Counted from the stretch's first letter, positions 1 through 10,369 are shown. The stretch is DNA of 64,000 bases from Clostridia bacterium (GCA_017621735.1 JAGASM010000006.1:13036-77035), one strand, 5' to 3'. The notes: generated by a model not told the origin, from the sequence alone. Program-made: numbers and translations.

Positions 1-2853
1 GCGGCTCTCGTTATGGGCTCGGTCGGGACGTTGCCGCAAAGCCTTTCGCCCTCGGCATCTACGGTAGAAGAAGCGGCGGAGTATAACGTATTAAAGCAAT
101 CGCTGAACGTTACTTACGATATCCCGCTTGAAACGCAGGACTGGCAACTCAACGGACAGTACAAAATTACGTCGTCCGGCAACAAGATCGGAAACTGGGG
201 CGGTTACGACGGATGGACGGCGCTCGTTGACGGCGGCATTCGCTACGACTATCAAGGCGTAGAAAACGGACCTTCCCGCATTTCCCGTTTCTATACGATG
301 ATCAGCAATTTCGCCAAAGGCCTTGCAAAGATCTCCCTCACGGTGGATAAGTTGCAAGCGGGGGAAAGCCTTGATTTGACCGTTTGTTTTTGGGACGTCG
401 TTTCTTCGAAACAGGTCGGCTTTACCGATTTTACCGAGGCGTATAACGCGCTTCCCGTCGGAAACGGACAGACGATCAGCCTTTATACCGACCTCACTTA
501 TATCGGCTCGTTGGATTCAATGATCGTTTCCACCAAAGCGGATAGCGCTGAAGTTCAGTTCGCGATCACCGACATCGACGTTGAGTGGGGCGTAACGGAA
601 ATCGCGACGGCGGACGGGTATTTCCGCGGTTTGGAAAACGGATTTAACGTCGTCTTTGATAAGTTGACAAGAAAAAACACGACGAAGAATTACGATATGA
701 TGCCCCTTACGGGATTCTCGACGGACTTCGGCGCGTACGATTCGGGACGGCACGGAGATTACGGGTTTAACAAGGGGGCGATTACCGCGCACAACGATGA
801 GGACGGCGAATATCTCCGCTTTGGACAGGGCGACAACAACTGTGCGGGGATTTGGTTGAAATTCCCCCTCGACTTGACGACGGGAACGCTCGATTTAAGT
901 GTTACTTTGATGAAAGAAGTCGTAGGCGATTGCCAAGAAGTGAAATTCGAGTTTTTGGGAAAAGACGGCGTGGGAACGAAAGCAGTCGTTCTTTCTAACG
1001 CGCAAGGAATTCCCGAAGGCGGAGGATTGAGTTCCGTTCCCGCGGGAGAATGGGTAACGTATCACTTTGAAGACGTAGATCTTTCGGGAATGACCTCCGG
1101 GTTCGACAGCCTCGGTATTTGGGTAGAATGTACGGGTGCGGAAGATCAAGCAATCCGCTTGAAGAACGTCGCGATGTACTACGACGAATGCGGAGCGGAT
1201 AGAACGCACGCCCTTTCGGATACGGATAAAACGGTAAGCGGCATGACGTTTGCAAGCGCGGAAGGCGTTGCAGTCAAGAGCGATTACACGGCGAAAGAAT
1301 ACGTAGAACTCGATCTTGCGCAAGCGGAAGGCGAAATTACGGCGAATTATTCCGTAGGGAATTTGCCTGACGGAAAATACAAGGCGGTCGTTTCTCTTAT
1401 GAAAACGGAAGAGGTCGGCAATGCGTTTGCGTTCGACTTGATCACGCAAAAGGGGAATGCGGCGGTGTCCGAATACGCGTTAAAGACGGCGATCGCAAGT
1501 GCGAACGTCGGAGAATGGACGACGGTGGAAACACAAGAGTTTGAAGTGAAAAACGGTTCGGTCGACGCGATTGCAATCGCATGCGAAGGAACGGAAACGG
1601 TTCTTCTTGAATACGTTTCCCTCGTTGCAACGCAAGAGTATATTCAAAAGGACAGTTCGTTTGGCGTTGCAAACGTATTGACGCGCGATTTCACGGCGCT
1701 CAATAATATGGGAATGGACGAGTACGACTTCTCGCAAAACGGGTTCCCCGAAATCGGAAACTGGTCCGACTCCTTCCCCGATCTCCGTTCGCAAGGACAA
1801 AAAGTCGTACGCGATGAAGACGGTACGCCCGTCATGCAAATTTACCGCCGTACGAATACGGAAATCGAAGTTGCAAAGGCAATGTACAACTGGCCCGCAG
1901 GGACGTACTACGTGCCGGCGGATAAGTCGCACTTCTTCGTAACCGCTCCTGTAAGCGCGGGATATTTCACCCTTGAAATTACGGCAAAGAAGGGAGAAAA
2001 CTTCCAAGGGACGTCCGAGTTCAGTTTGGAAGGATATATGGGCAGCGAGCCTTGGTGGAAACTTGCAAACTTCACGCAAGAACTTGCAGAGGCGGAAGTA
2101 GGAGAATGGGTTACGTACTCCGCGGATATCTATCTTCCCAAAGCGATCGACAGTATTAAGATTCTCGTAGAAACGAGATTTGAAAATAGCGATTTGTTCA
2201 TAAAAGACGTGAACGTAATCAGTAAATCGCAACAGGCAAGCGGGAACTACGTTGCAACTTCGGCAGGAGATTTAACGTGGGATTTGATTACGGACGGAAC
2301 GCAAATCACGTCGGTTACGTGCGGAGAAAAAGCGCTTTCCGCATCCGACTATTCGCTTAATAACGACGCGTTTACGTTGAAAAAGGAATATCTTTCCACG
2401 CTCCCGAACGGGACGTTCGACGTGGTGCTTGCATCGGCAACGGAAGAAATCACCCTTACCGTTTACGTCAGCAAGGTTGCACCCGTTGTCAATGAAGAAA
2501 ACTTTGTCGTAAATATCGCGCGGCTTCCCGAAAAGACGGAACTTTCCGTCGATTGCAAAGATTCGGGGATCAGTTATATCGAACTCAACGAAAGAGAGTT
2601 GGAAGAGGACGTCGATTATGCGTACGATCAAGCGAGCGGAACGCTTACGCTGTTTGAGTCCGCATTCTCCGAACTCACGGAAGAAGGAGAAGCGACGCTC
2701 GTCATTGCGACGAGAGCAGGAACGACAACGTTTACGTTCCAAGTGGAAAATAAGGACAACGCAGGGCTGATTATCGGGCTTTCCGTCGGCGGCGTCGCAC
2801 TTGTTGGCGGCGGCGTTGCGGCAATCGTCTTGCTCAAAAAGAAAAGAAAATAA
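1..2853 (+). CDS. Large cell-surface protein, probably 5'-truncated by the window edge; repeated beta-sandwich/CBM-like modules, two X2/Ig-like modules and a C-terminal membrane anchor
   Basis: ORF 13..2853 stays open back to nt 1 and has no signal peptide. Module ends recur (GEWVTYHFEDV, GEWTTVETQEF, GEWVTYSADIY). The C-terminal helix GLIIGLSVGGVALVGGGVAAIVLL is followed by KKKRK. It lies directly upstream of a sugar ABC operon. Confidence 0.6.
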   Translation, partial: AALVMGSVGTLPQSLSPSASTVEEAAEYNVLKQSLNVTYDIPLETQDWQLNGQYKITSSGNKIGNWGGYDGWTALVDGGIRYDYQGVENGPSRISRFYTMISNFAKGLAKISLTVDKLQAGESLDLTVCFWDVVSSKQVGFTDFTEAYNALPVGNGQTISLYTDLTYIGSLDSMIVSTKADSAEVQFAITDIDVEWGVTEIATADGYFRGLENGFNVVFDKLTRKNTTKNYDMMPLTGFSTDFGAYDSGRHGDYGFNKGAITAHNDEDGEYLRFGQGDNNCAGIWLKFPLDLTTGTLDLSVTLMKEVVGDCQEVKFEFLGKDGVGTKAVVLSNAQGIPEGGGLSSVPAGEWVTYHFEDVDLSGMTSGFDSLGIWVECTGAEDQAIRLKNVAMYYDECGADRTHALSDTDKTVSGMTFASAEGVAVKSDYTAKEYVELDLAQAEGEITANYSVGNLPDGKYKAVVSLMKTEEVGNAFAFDLITQKGNAAVSEYALKTAIASANVGEWTTVETQEFEVKNGSVDAIAIACEGTETVLLEYVSLVATQEYIQKDSSFGVANVLTRDFTALNNMGMDEYDFSQNGFPEIGNWSDSFPDLRSQGQKVVRDEDGTPVMQIYRRTNTEIEVAKAMYNWPAGTYYVPADKSHFFVTAPVSAGYFTLEITAKKGENFQGTSEFSLEGYMGSEPWWKLANFTQELAEAEVGEWVTYSADIYLPKAIDSIKILVETRFENSDLFIKDVNVISKSQQASGNYVATSAGDLTWDLITDGTQITSVTCGEKALSASDYSLNNDAFTLKKEYLSTLPNGTFDVVLASATEEITLTVYVSKVAPVVNEENFVVNIARLPEKTELSVDCKDSGISYIELNERELEEDVDYAYDQASGTLTLFESAFSELTEEGEATLVIATRAGTTTFTFQVENKDNAGLIIGLSVGGVALVGGGVAAIVLLKKKRK

Positions 2854-2866
2854 TCGGAGGTAAATT

Positions 2867-4243
2867 ATGAAGAAACTGTTTCGTGGGTGCGTTCTTGCTA
2901 TTACTGCACTCTCAATGGTATGCGGGATAGCGGGATGCGGAGAAGAACCGGACGATCCCAATGCGACGAAGATCACGATGTACGTATATCAACCGGAAGA
3001 CTGGGCGGTTGCGTATATGAATTCGGTCAAAGAGGATTTTAACGAGGAGCATCAAGGACAAATCAAGTTGGATATCCGTTACTATTTCGGGTCGCAGTTT
3101 AATGCAAATCTTGCGTCTGCAATCGAAAACGGAACGTGCCCCGAACTGTTTACGATCTCCTATTCCAACCTTGCCGCACACGTGCAAAACGGTTACGTCG
3201 AACCGCTCAACGACTACTTTACGCAAGAGCAGTGGGACGATATTATTCCGCAGTCGATGAGCCAAATCAAGTTCGGCGAAAATATCTATGCGTACCCTTG
3301 GTACATGGAGCCTTCTTCTTTCTTGTACTATCGGAAGGATATTGTGGAAGATCAACTCGGCTTCACGAAGGACGATTTGAAAACGTACGACGGAATTTAC
3401 GAGGTCTGCCGTCAAATGGTCAGCCAAGGAAAGGTGCCGAGAGCGGGATTCCCGATCTACATTCCCGTCGGAATTCCCAGAGGGTGGTCGACGATCGGAA
3501 TGCAGTATAACTGCATGAACGGGAAATACGCCATCAGCGACGACTGGACGACGAGCAATTTGAACGAACAAGGTTTGAAAGATCTCAACAAGTTCTATTA
3601 CACCGTCGGTTCAAACGGTTGGTGCCCGCAACAGGATATGACCGAGCGCGGGTACGAAGACGCGACGGCGGGGCTTGCCGAAGAATATTGGTTGATGAAC
3701 TTTGGCGGATCGTGGGATATTTCCCTCATCATGCGCGATTATCCGGACATGGTAGATAAAATCGGAATTGTGCCCGTTCCCACTTCAACTACGGAGAGAA
3801 ACGGCTATACCTATGCAACGGCGACGAACGGCGGGTGGAATCTTTGCGTTTCTTCCGAAGCAAGTACGGCAAAAAAACAGGCGGCGATTGAATTTATCAA
3901 GTTTATGTTTACGGAAAACACGGAGCGTACGGCACAATACTTTATCGACGGATATTACAGCCGTTTTGCCCCGCGTGCGACCGTTCAAGCATATCTTGAC
4001 GCGCAAGAAAAGGAAACGCCTCAAGAATGGCTTGACACCGTTTCGGCGGTAGCAAATCTTGCCGTTCCCGAACCCAGATACAGTTGGGACGTCATCAACC
4101 TTGTAAACGACATGCTTGCTTCGAGCATGGGATGTGCGCAAGGTTCGGTGTTTGATACGGAATACGCAAAAATTCTTGCGGCGGCAAACTCTAAAATGCA
4201 AACGATTCTTCAACGCGGAGAAACGAATCCCTTCTTGAATTAA
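2867..4243 (+). CDS. ABC transporter extracellular solute-binding lipoprotein (carbohydrate type)
   Basis: Signal peptide with lipobox (SMVCGIAG-C-GEE). The length and sequence look like a family-1 sugar SBP. Two MalF/MalG-type permeases follow in the same operon. Confidence 0.85.
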   Translation: MKKLFRGCVLAITALSMVCGIAGCGEEPDDPNATKITMYVYQPEDWAVAYMNSVKEDFNEEHQGQIKLDIRYYFGSQFNANLASAIENGTCPELFTISYSNLAAHVQNGYVEPLNDYFTQEQWDDIIPQSMSQIKFGENIYAYPWYMEPSSFLYYRKDIVEDQLGFTKDDLKTYDGIYEVCRQMVSQGKVPRAGFPIYIPVGIPRGWSTIGMQYNCMNGKYAISDDWTTSNLNEQGLKDLNKFYYTVGSNGWCPQQDMTERGYEDATAGLAEEYWLMNFGGSWDISLIMRDYPDMVDKIGIVPVPTSTTERNGYTYATATNGGWNLCVSSEASTAKKQAAIEFIKFMFTENTERTAQYFIDGYYSRFAPRATVQAYLDAQEKETPQEWLDTVSAVANLAVPEPRYSWDVINLVNDMLASSMGCAQGSVFDTEYAKILAAANSKMQTILQRGETNPFLN

Positions 4244-4258
4244 GGGGAAGGAGCCGAT

Positions 4259-6604
4259 ATGAAAAAATCTAAAATTTTGAACGTTGCGCTTGCGGGAACG
4301 CTCATGCTGACTACCTTTTCGGGATGCTCCGATCCTTCCCCCACGGATAAAACGGATCCTTCCTTAAAGTTGTCCGATACAAAAAACGAACTTACCCTTG
4401 AAAACGACCGTATCCGTATCGTCTTTAACAAGACGAACGGATCGGTGCGGGAAATTTACAACAAAGAAGAGGAACTCTATTTTGTAAAGGACGTGGACGA
4501 CGCGCAGGCGGTTTCGCTGAAAGTCTTGGGACAAACGCAGTTGAAAACCATTTCACCCGAGAACAATTCGTTTGAATACACGGTGGAAACGGATACGAAG
4601 GAAGAAAAAACGTTTGCGTTTTCTTGGGATTTTGAAAACGGCGCGCAAGCGACGGCAACGGTATCGCTCAAAGGGTTTGACGATGAAATCGTCTTTACCT
4701 CTTCCTTAAAAGGGTTGGAAGGGGATACGGTTTCGTTGCAGTATCCCATTGTAGAAAGCGTGAGCGGTATGACGGAAAACGGCGACGAAGAATATCTCGT
4801 AAGTTCTATGGCGACGGGATATCTCTTCCAAAACCCCGTCAAAAACTTCTTCCGTTACGGTCAGGATTTAAGCGGGCAAAGCGCGGCGTATCCGTCGGGA
4901 TTCGGCAGCACCATGCAGTTTATGGGGTATTATGCCGAGGATAAGGGCGGATTTTACGTGCAAACGAAGGACGAAGGGGACACGATCAAAGATTTCACCT
5001 TCAAAAACGCAGGCGGATCGCTTACGATGGAAGTCGGACATTACGTTCCCGATTTGGGGATTTCGTCCAAAAACTTTGGTTACGAAACGGTTATTTCCAA
5101 CCTCTACGAAGGAAACTGGTACGAGGCGGCGGAAAAGTATCGCGACTGGGCGTTAAAGACGCCTTGGGCGCGGGCAAACGGGAAAAACGACGGTCGGACG
5201 GATCTCAACAAAGATTTGTACGAAAACGCCGTGCTTGCGAATTTTATCGTACCTTCAAAGAGCACGCAAAGTTATGCCGCGGCGCTGTACGAAAAGATCC
5301 GCAGCAATATTACGACGCCCTCGTCGAAGATTTTAACCATTCCTTACTACTACTCGATTCCGCAAGAAGTAAGCCCTACGGATAACGTAGAAGCATATTT
5401 CAACACGCATAAAAACACGGAGTTTTATCAAGCGATTGCGCGGAACGGCGAGCCGGTTGCTCATTTCGAGTATACCGATTTGCACCGCGAGGCAAAAATG
5501 AGCGGGCTTCCCAAGTGGATTACGGACGCCCGTATGAAAAACGCGCAGGGCGGATATTACGACATTATGTTTGCGGAAAACTGGCAGTATATTTGCGCGG
5601 GAAGCACGCAGTGGCGTACGATGGTAACCGATCGTCAGCAAGAGCAGTTTACCGCACTCGGTGCGCAGGGGATCTACAACGACTTGGGAATTTGTGCCGT
5701 TCATCCGCTCAACTGCTACGACGCAAACCACGAGCACGGAACGCGCATTAACGTCTTACAAGACTATCATGCGCTCATGCAAACGTCGTGGGAGATCTCC
5801 CGCCGTAACGTCGTGGATGAGAACGGAAACTGCGGGTTTACGGGACAGGAAATGATCAGCGAACAAGTTCTTCCTTACGTCGATTTTTATCAAGCGCGTT
5901 CGGCGAGTGGAGAAATGGGCGGAATGGAACACGATGCGATTATGAAACTCGTGCAAAACGACGTGGCGATAAAAATTCCCCTGTTCGAATATGTGTATCA
6001 CGAATATGCGGGCGTGCGCGGGGACGGATTTACGTTGCCGATTGCGTCGATCGGCGTGCCTTATTATCACGCAATGGCATACGTTGCGTTGAACGGCGGA
6101 ATTCCCGAATTTAACTACGAGTGCTTGTCCGCTTCCGCGTTTACAACGCTCGTAAACGATTTGGACGTCGATATGATCCGCTTTGTCGATACGCTTGGAA
6201 AGGCGCGATTGACGTACGGAAAAGAGTATCTTGTCTACGGCAAAATGACGCGTGTGCCCGATCTTGGGTTGGCGAAAGAGGAGTTTACTTACGAAACGCC
6301 GATCGTCATCAATTGGGGCAATAACGGCGGGTTAAAACGCGGAGAAACGATGCTCGATCCCGTCGTTGCAAGCGCATTTGAATCCGACGGAAAAATAGCG
6401 ATTTTCCTTTGCAATATTACGGGAGAAGAAAAGCAGGTTTCGTTTACGCTCGACGCAAATAACCTTTACGGCAAGGCGGAAGGCAGCGTTTCTCTTGTAA
6501 ACGACGGCGGGACGAAACAAAATCTTTCCTCGCTTGCGGACGGAAAGGCGGAGGTTTCGATTGACCTTTCCGCACGTTCGGTATATATGATTACCGTTGA
6601 ATAA
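4259..6604 (+). CDS. Uncharacterised 781-aa lipoprotein inside the sugar ABC operon (possible glycan-processing enzyme)
   Basis: Signal peptide with lipobox (LTTFSG-C-SD). It sits between the SBP and permease genes with 15-nt and 9-nt gaps. I could recognise no catalytic family by eye. Confidence 0.65.
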   Translation: MKKSKILNVALAGTLMLTTFSGCSDPSPTDKTDPSLKLSDTKNELTLENDRIRIVFNKTNGSVREIYNKEEELYFVKDVDDAQAVSLKVLGQTQLKTISPENNSFEYTVETDTKEEKTFAFSWDFENGAQATATVSLKGFDDEIVFTSSLKGLEGDTVSLQYPIVESVSGMTENGDEEYLVSSMATGYLFQNPVKNFFRYGQDLSGQSAAYPSGFGSTMQFMGYYAEDKGGFYVQTKDEGDTIKDFTFKNAGGSLTMEVGHYVPDLGISSKNFGYETVISNLYEGNWYEAAEKYRDWALKTPWARANGKNDGRTDLNKDLYENAVLANFIVPSKSTQSYAAALYEKIRSNITTPSSKILTIPYYYSIPQEVSPTDNVEAYFNTHKNTEFYQAIARNGEPVAHFEYTDLHREAKMSGLPKWITDARMKNAQGGYYDIMFAENWQYICAGSTQWRTMVTDRQQEQFTALGAQGIYNDLGICAVHPLNCYDANHEHGTRINVLQDYHALMQTSWEISRRNVVDENGNCGFTGQEMISEQVLPYVDFYQARSASGEMGGMEHDAIMKLVQNDVAIKIPLFEYVYHEYAGVRGDGFTLPIASIGVPYYHAMAYVALNGGIPEFNYECLSASAFTTLVNDLDVDMIRFVDTLGKARLTYGKEYLVYGKMTRVPDLGLAKEEFTYETPIVINWGNNGGLKRGETMLDPVVASAFESDGKIAIFLCNITGEEKQVSFTLDANNLYGKAEGSVSLVNDGGTKQNLSSLADGKAEVSIDLSARSVYMITVE

Positions 6605-6613
6605 GGAGCAAAA

Positions 6614-7534
6614 ATGGAAAAAGAACTCATACAATTCCATCGCGACGCCGATAAAAAGCGGAAGAAGTTCGTTTACAGAAACGCATTGTGGGGGTATTTG
6701 TTTATCCTTCCTGCCATGATTTTCCTCGTAACGTTCAGTTTTACGCCGTTATTTATGTCGTTCGTGCGCAGTTTTCAAGATTTTCAGGGGACGTTCGTCG
6801 GGTTTAACAACTTTAAGTTTATTTTGCAAACGCCGACGTTTATAAAGTCCATCGGAAACGTCTTGATTCTTTCCGCCGCGGTCGTGATCTTGCAAACGCT
6901 GTTTAGTTTTTTGATGGCACACCTCATCTTAAAACTCCCCCCCAAGGTGGGGAATGCCATCAAAATTGCGATTTATATTCCAAATATGATGTCGGGCGTT
7001 ATTACGTCGGTTATCTTCAATTTGTTCTTGCGTTACAATCGCGGTTTTTTCGACAGTTTAATGCTGCATTTTAACATGGATCCCATTTATTTTGCGCAGG
7101 ATGGAATTTGGCCTTTTATTTGCATTATCGTACCGACGTTATGGCTTGGGTTCGGATATAACACCATTTTGATGCTTTCCGGGCGGTTGAGTATTCCCAA
7201 AGAATATTACGAAGCGGCAAAGATTGACGGTGCCGGGGCATTCCGCGCAATGATGTCCATTACCATTCCAAACATGAGCAATTATTTTATTCTCATGCTC
7301 GTCAATTTGATAACGGGCAACTTGCAAATGCTTGAAATTCCCATGTTTATCACGGGCGGGGGACCGAACGAGTCGACTATTACCCCTTGCATGTATCTAT
7401 TCCAGTCGTTTAACGACGTAATGCGCGATCGAAATATTACCATTGCAGGGAGTTTCCTCGTCATGATTCCGATTACGCTTCTAAACGTTATAGCGTTTAC
7501 GTGCATTCGCTCAAAGCGATCGGAGGACAGTTAA
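6614..7534 (+). CDS. Carbohydrate ABC transporter permease (MalF/UgpA-like)
   Basis: Polytopic protein with an EAA-loop-like motif, EAAKIDGAGAFRAMMSITIP. Confidence 0.9.
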   Translation: MEKELIQFHRDADKKRKKFVYRNALWGYLFILPAMIFLVTFSFTPLFMSFVRSFQDFQGTFVGFNNFKFILQTPTFIKSIGNVLILSAAVVILQTLFSFLMAHLILKLPPKVGNAIKIAIYIPNMMSGVITSVIFNLFLRYNRGFFDSLMLHFNMDPIYFAQDGIWPFICIIVPTLWLGFGYNTILMLSGRLSIPKEYYEAAKIDGAGAFRAMMSITIPNMSNYFILMLVNLITGNLQMLEIPMFITGGGPNESTITPCMYLFQSFNDVMRDRNITIAGSFLVMIPITLLNVIAFTCIRSKRSEDS

Positions 7535-7535
7535 T

Positions 7536-8405
7536 ATGGATCAAAGTAGCGTTCTTTTGAAAGCAAAAATTAAAAAGATTGCAACCGTCGGAGCGTTTAT
7601 CCTCGGCGCACTTTGCGTGGCGTTCGTCATAGTCTTCCCCTTTATTTGGATGGTACCGTCCGCATGGAAGGGGAGAACGGACATTTGGAGTATTCCGCCA
7701 AAGTGGTTTCCTTCCGTTTGGGAATGGAGCAATTTTTCAGTCTTGACGGAACCGGATATCAACGGCGGATCGTTCTTCCGTTCGTTTGGGGTAACGTTTT
7801 TTGTCGGCGTTGTCGCAACGGCGCTCAATCTTGCAATCAACATGCTTGCCGCATACGGATTCGCTCGGCACGAGTTTTGGGGAAAGAAAATCATTTGGCC
7901 TTTGTTCTTGTTTACGATGTTCGTTCCCGGGATTACCGTGCAAATTACGTCCATTCAAGTCGTAACAAAGTTGCACCTGATCAACACGTTACTTGTGCTC
8001 ATTTTGCCGACGGCGGCGAATGCGTATAATATCTTCTTTTTCAGGCAGTTCTTTTTGGGGATTCCCGATTCGTTGGAAGAGGCGGCGGAGTTGGACGGCG
8101 CGGGGCGCATTCAAATATTTTTGCGCGTATTCTTGCCTCTATCGGTAACGCCGATGATTATCACGGGCGTGGGGTGCTTTATCGGGCACTGGAATTCGTA
8201 TATTTGGCCGACGCTTGCCATCACCGAACGGCAAGAAGAGTTGCGCCAAGTCATGCAGTTCGTCTACATGTTGAGTACAAGCGACGTGCGCGAGTACGGA
8301 AAGGTCATTGCGGCAACGTTGATCACCATTGCATGTCCGCTTATCGTTTTTTCCATTTTCCAAAAGAAGATCGTCGCGGGAATTACCCTTTCGGGATTAA
8401 AATAA
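7536..8405 (+). CDS. Carbohydrate ABC transporter permease (MalG/UgpE-like)
   Basis: Polytopic protein with EAA-loop motif EAAELDGAGRIQIFLRVFLP. There is a 1-nt gap to the preceding permease. Confidence 0.9.
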   Translation: MDQSSVLLKAKIKKIATVGAFILGALCVAFVIVFPFIWMVPSAWKGRTDIWSIPPKWFPSVWEWSNFSVLTEPDINGGSFFRSFGVTFFVGVVATALNLAINMLAAYGFARHEFWGKKIIWPLFLFTMFVPGITVQITSIQVVTKLHLINTLLVLILPTAANAYNIFFFRQFFLGIPDSLEEAAELDGAGRIQIFLRVFLPLSVTPMIITGVGCFIGHWNSYIWPTLAITERQEELRQVMQFVYMLSTSDVREYGKVIAATLITIACPLIVFSIFQKKIVAGITLSGLK

Positions 8406-8406
8406 T

Positions 8407-8441
8407 AAAAAATCAGACTGCGTTTGCAGTCTGATTTTTTT
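8407..8441 (+). terminator. Rho-independent terminator of the sugar ABC operon
   Basis: ATCAGACTGC-GTTT-GCAGTCTGAT stem followed by a T-run. Confidence 0.8.
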
Positions 8442-8445
8442 ATCG

Positions 8446-8474
8446 TTGACATTGCGTTGGTTTTTTGATAAAAT
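8446..8474 (+). promoter_or_regulatory. Sigma-A-type promoter (TTGACA-17-TAAAAT)
   Basis: Hexamers read directly from the sequence. Its position implies the reductase starts at ATG 8500 rather than at 8446. Confidence 0.6.
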
Positions 8475-8499
8475 GAAAAAAATGAAAAAGGGGCACGGT

Positions 8500-9603
8500 A
8501 TGTTACAGGGTGAAAAGAAGTTGGGATTTGGGTGTATGCGCCTTCCTATGATCGGGGAAGAGGTAGACGAGGCTGCGTTTTGCGAGATGATCGACGCCTA
8601 TATGGCGGGGGGATTCCGCTATTTTGACACGGCGCAAATGTATTTGGGCGGAAAGAGCGAAACGGCGCTCCGTTCTTGCCTTACCTCACGCTATCCGCGA
8701 GAAAAGTATCTTTTGACGGATAAACTTTCTCCGCACATGTTTGAACGGGAAGAGGATATCCGTCCCGCATTCGAAGCGCAACTCAAGGCATGCGGGGTGG
8801 AATATTTCGATTTCTATTTAATGCACGCGCAAAACGCCGATTTATTTGAAAAATATAAGCGCTGCAACGCGTACGAAACGGCGTTTCGCTTAAAGGAAGA
8901 GGGGAAAGTCAAACACGTCGGGTTTTCCTTTCACGACAATGCGGAAGTGCTCGATCGCATTTTGACGGAGTATCCGCAGTTAGAAGTGGTGCAAATTCAG
9001 TTTAACTACCTCGATTACGAGGACGTGGACGTCCAGTCGCGGAAATGTTACGAAGTGTGCCGCAAACACAATAAGCCGATTTTGATTATGGAACCCGTAA
9101 AGGGAGGCGCGCTCGTCAATTTGCCCAAAGAAGCGCAAGAACTTCTCGAAGGATTGCACGGCGGAAGCCCCGCAAGTTATGCACTTCGTTTTGCAGCGCA
9201 GTTCGAAGGGGTTGCGATGGTGCTTTCGGGAATGGGCGATATGAATATGATGCGGGACAATATGCAAACGTTTACTGCATTCAGATCGCTCGACGGGGAA
9301 GAAACCGCCGCGATCTATAAAGTTGCACAGATCATACGGGAGAAGAAACTGATTTCTTGCACGGGATGCCGCTACTGTGTGGACGGGTGTCCCAAGACGA
9401 TTCCGATTCCTGAAATTTTTGCTTGTAAGAACGAAAAAACGCGAAACGTAAGCAAAAATTACTTACAAGCATATCAAGAAATGACGCAAAATGCAGGAAA
9501 AGCGAGCGATTGCATCAACTGCGGAAAGTGCGAAAAAGCGTGCCCGCAACACCTTCCGATTCGGGAATTGCTTGCAAAAGTCAAAAGGGAGTTTGAGCGG
9601 TGA
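8500..9603 (+). CDS. Aldo/keto reductase fused to a C-terminal 2x[4Fe-4S] ferredoxin-like domain
   Basis: AKR-like N-terminus (KLGFGCMRLP, YFDTAQMY). The C-terminus has CTGCRYCVDGCP and CINCGKCEKACP. The ORF opens at 8446, but ATG 8500 follows AAAAGGGG and lies downstream of the predicted promoter. Confidence 0.85.
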   Translation: MLQGEKKLGFGCMRLPMIGEEVDEAAFCEMIDAYMAGGFRYFDTAQMYLGGKSETALRSCLTSRYPREKYLLTDKLSPHMFEREEDIRPAFEAQLKACGVEYFDFYLMHAQNADLFEKYKRCNAYETAFRLKEEGKVKHVGFSFHDNAEVLDRILTEYPQLEVVQIQFNYLDYEDVDVQSRKCYEVCRKHNKPILIMEPVKGGALVNLPKEAQELLEGLHGGSPASYALRFAAQFEGVAMVLSGMGDMNMMRDNMQTFTAFRSLDGEETAAIYKVAQIIREKKLISCTGCRYCVDGCPKTIPIPEIFACKNEKTRNVSKNYLQAYQEMTQNAGKASDCINCGKCEKACPQHLPIRELLAKVKREFER

Positions 9604-10022
9604 ATCGGTTAGAACGGGCAAAGACGCTCCTTTGGGAAGAAAACTTAACTTGCGTGCTCGTCGGGGAAGATCGTGAATATAAGACGGACGTCCGCGGGGT
9701 GCGCTATCTTTTGCGTTTGATAGAAAACGGGGAGGACGTACGCGGATTTTCCGTGGCGGATAAAGTCGTCGGAAAGGGCGCGGCGTTTTTGTACGTGCTT
9801 TTGGGCGTCAAAGAGGTGTATGCCGACGTCGTCAGCGAAGGGGCGCGAACGGTGCTTTTCACCTTTGGCATTTCCGTCAGCGAACGGGAACGGGTGGAGC
9901 GGATTCTCAACCGCAAAGGGGACGGGCCGTGCCCGATCGAACATGCCGTCCGCGATTGCATTTCTCCCGAAGAAGCGTACGTTTGTATTGTAGAGCGATT
10001 GAAAGAACTTGCAAAAGAGTGA
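9600..10022 (+). CDS. DUF1893 (TM1506-like) domain protein
   Basis: The sequence resembles the DUF1893 family (VRGVRYLL..., DKVVGKGAAFL). Its GTG start overlaps the reductase stop (GTGA). Confidence 0.7.
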   Translation: MNRLERAKTLLWEENLTCVLVGEDREYKTDVRGVRYLLRLIENGEDVRGFSVADKVVGKGAAFLYVLLGVKEVYADVVSEGARTVLFTFGISVSERERVERILNRKGDGPCPIEHAVRDCISPEEAYVCIVERLKELAKE

Positions 10023-10093
10023 TAATCCGCCCTCTTTCGACATAAACCTACTATGTAACCGTTTTTGGCGAAAAGCCGAAACGGCATGGAGGT

Positions 10094-10369
10094 TTGTCCG
10101 TGTGGGAGTATATCGAAGAGCGGGTGAGAAAGAACGGGGAGTATATCGCCTCGACGGGGTGCACGGTGCGCGCTTGCGCGGCGCATTACGCGGTGAGCAA
10201 GTCTACCGTTCATAAAGACGTTACGGAACGGCTTTTCTACGTCGATACCGCATTGTACGAAAAGGTAAAGCAAATTCTTGCCGTAAACTTAAAAGAACGG
10301 CACTTGCGCGGCGGAAGCGCGACGAAAGAAAAGTACGAAAAGCAAAGAAACCGAACGAAAAACATTTGA
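10094..10369 (+). CDS. spoIIID: Sporulation transcriptional regulator SpoIIID
   Basis: Near-diagnostic motif YAVSKSTVHKDVTERL plus ERHLRGGSATKEKY. TTG start 7 nt after GGAGG. Confidence 0.9.
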   Translation: MSVWEYIEERVRKNGEYIASTGCTVRACAAHYAVSKSTVHKDVTERLFYVDTALYEKVKQILAVNLKERHLRGGSATKEKYEKQRNRTKNI

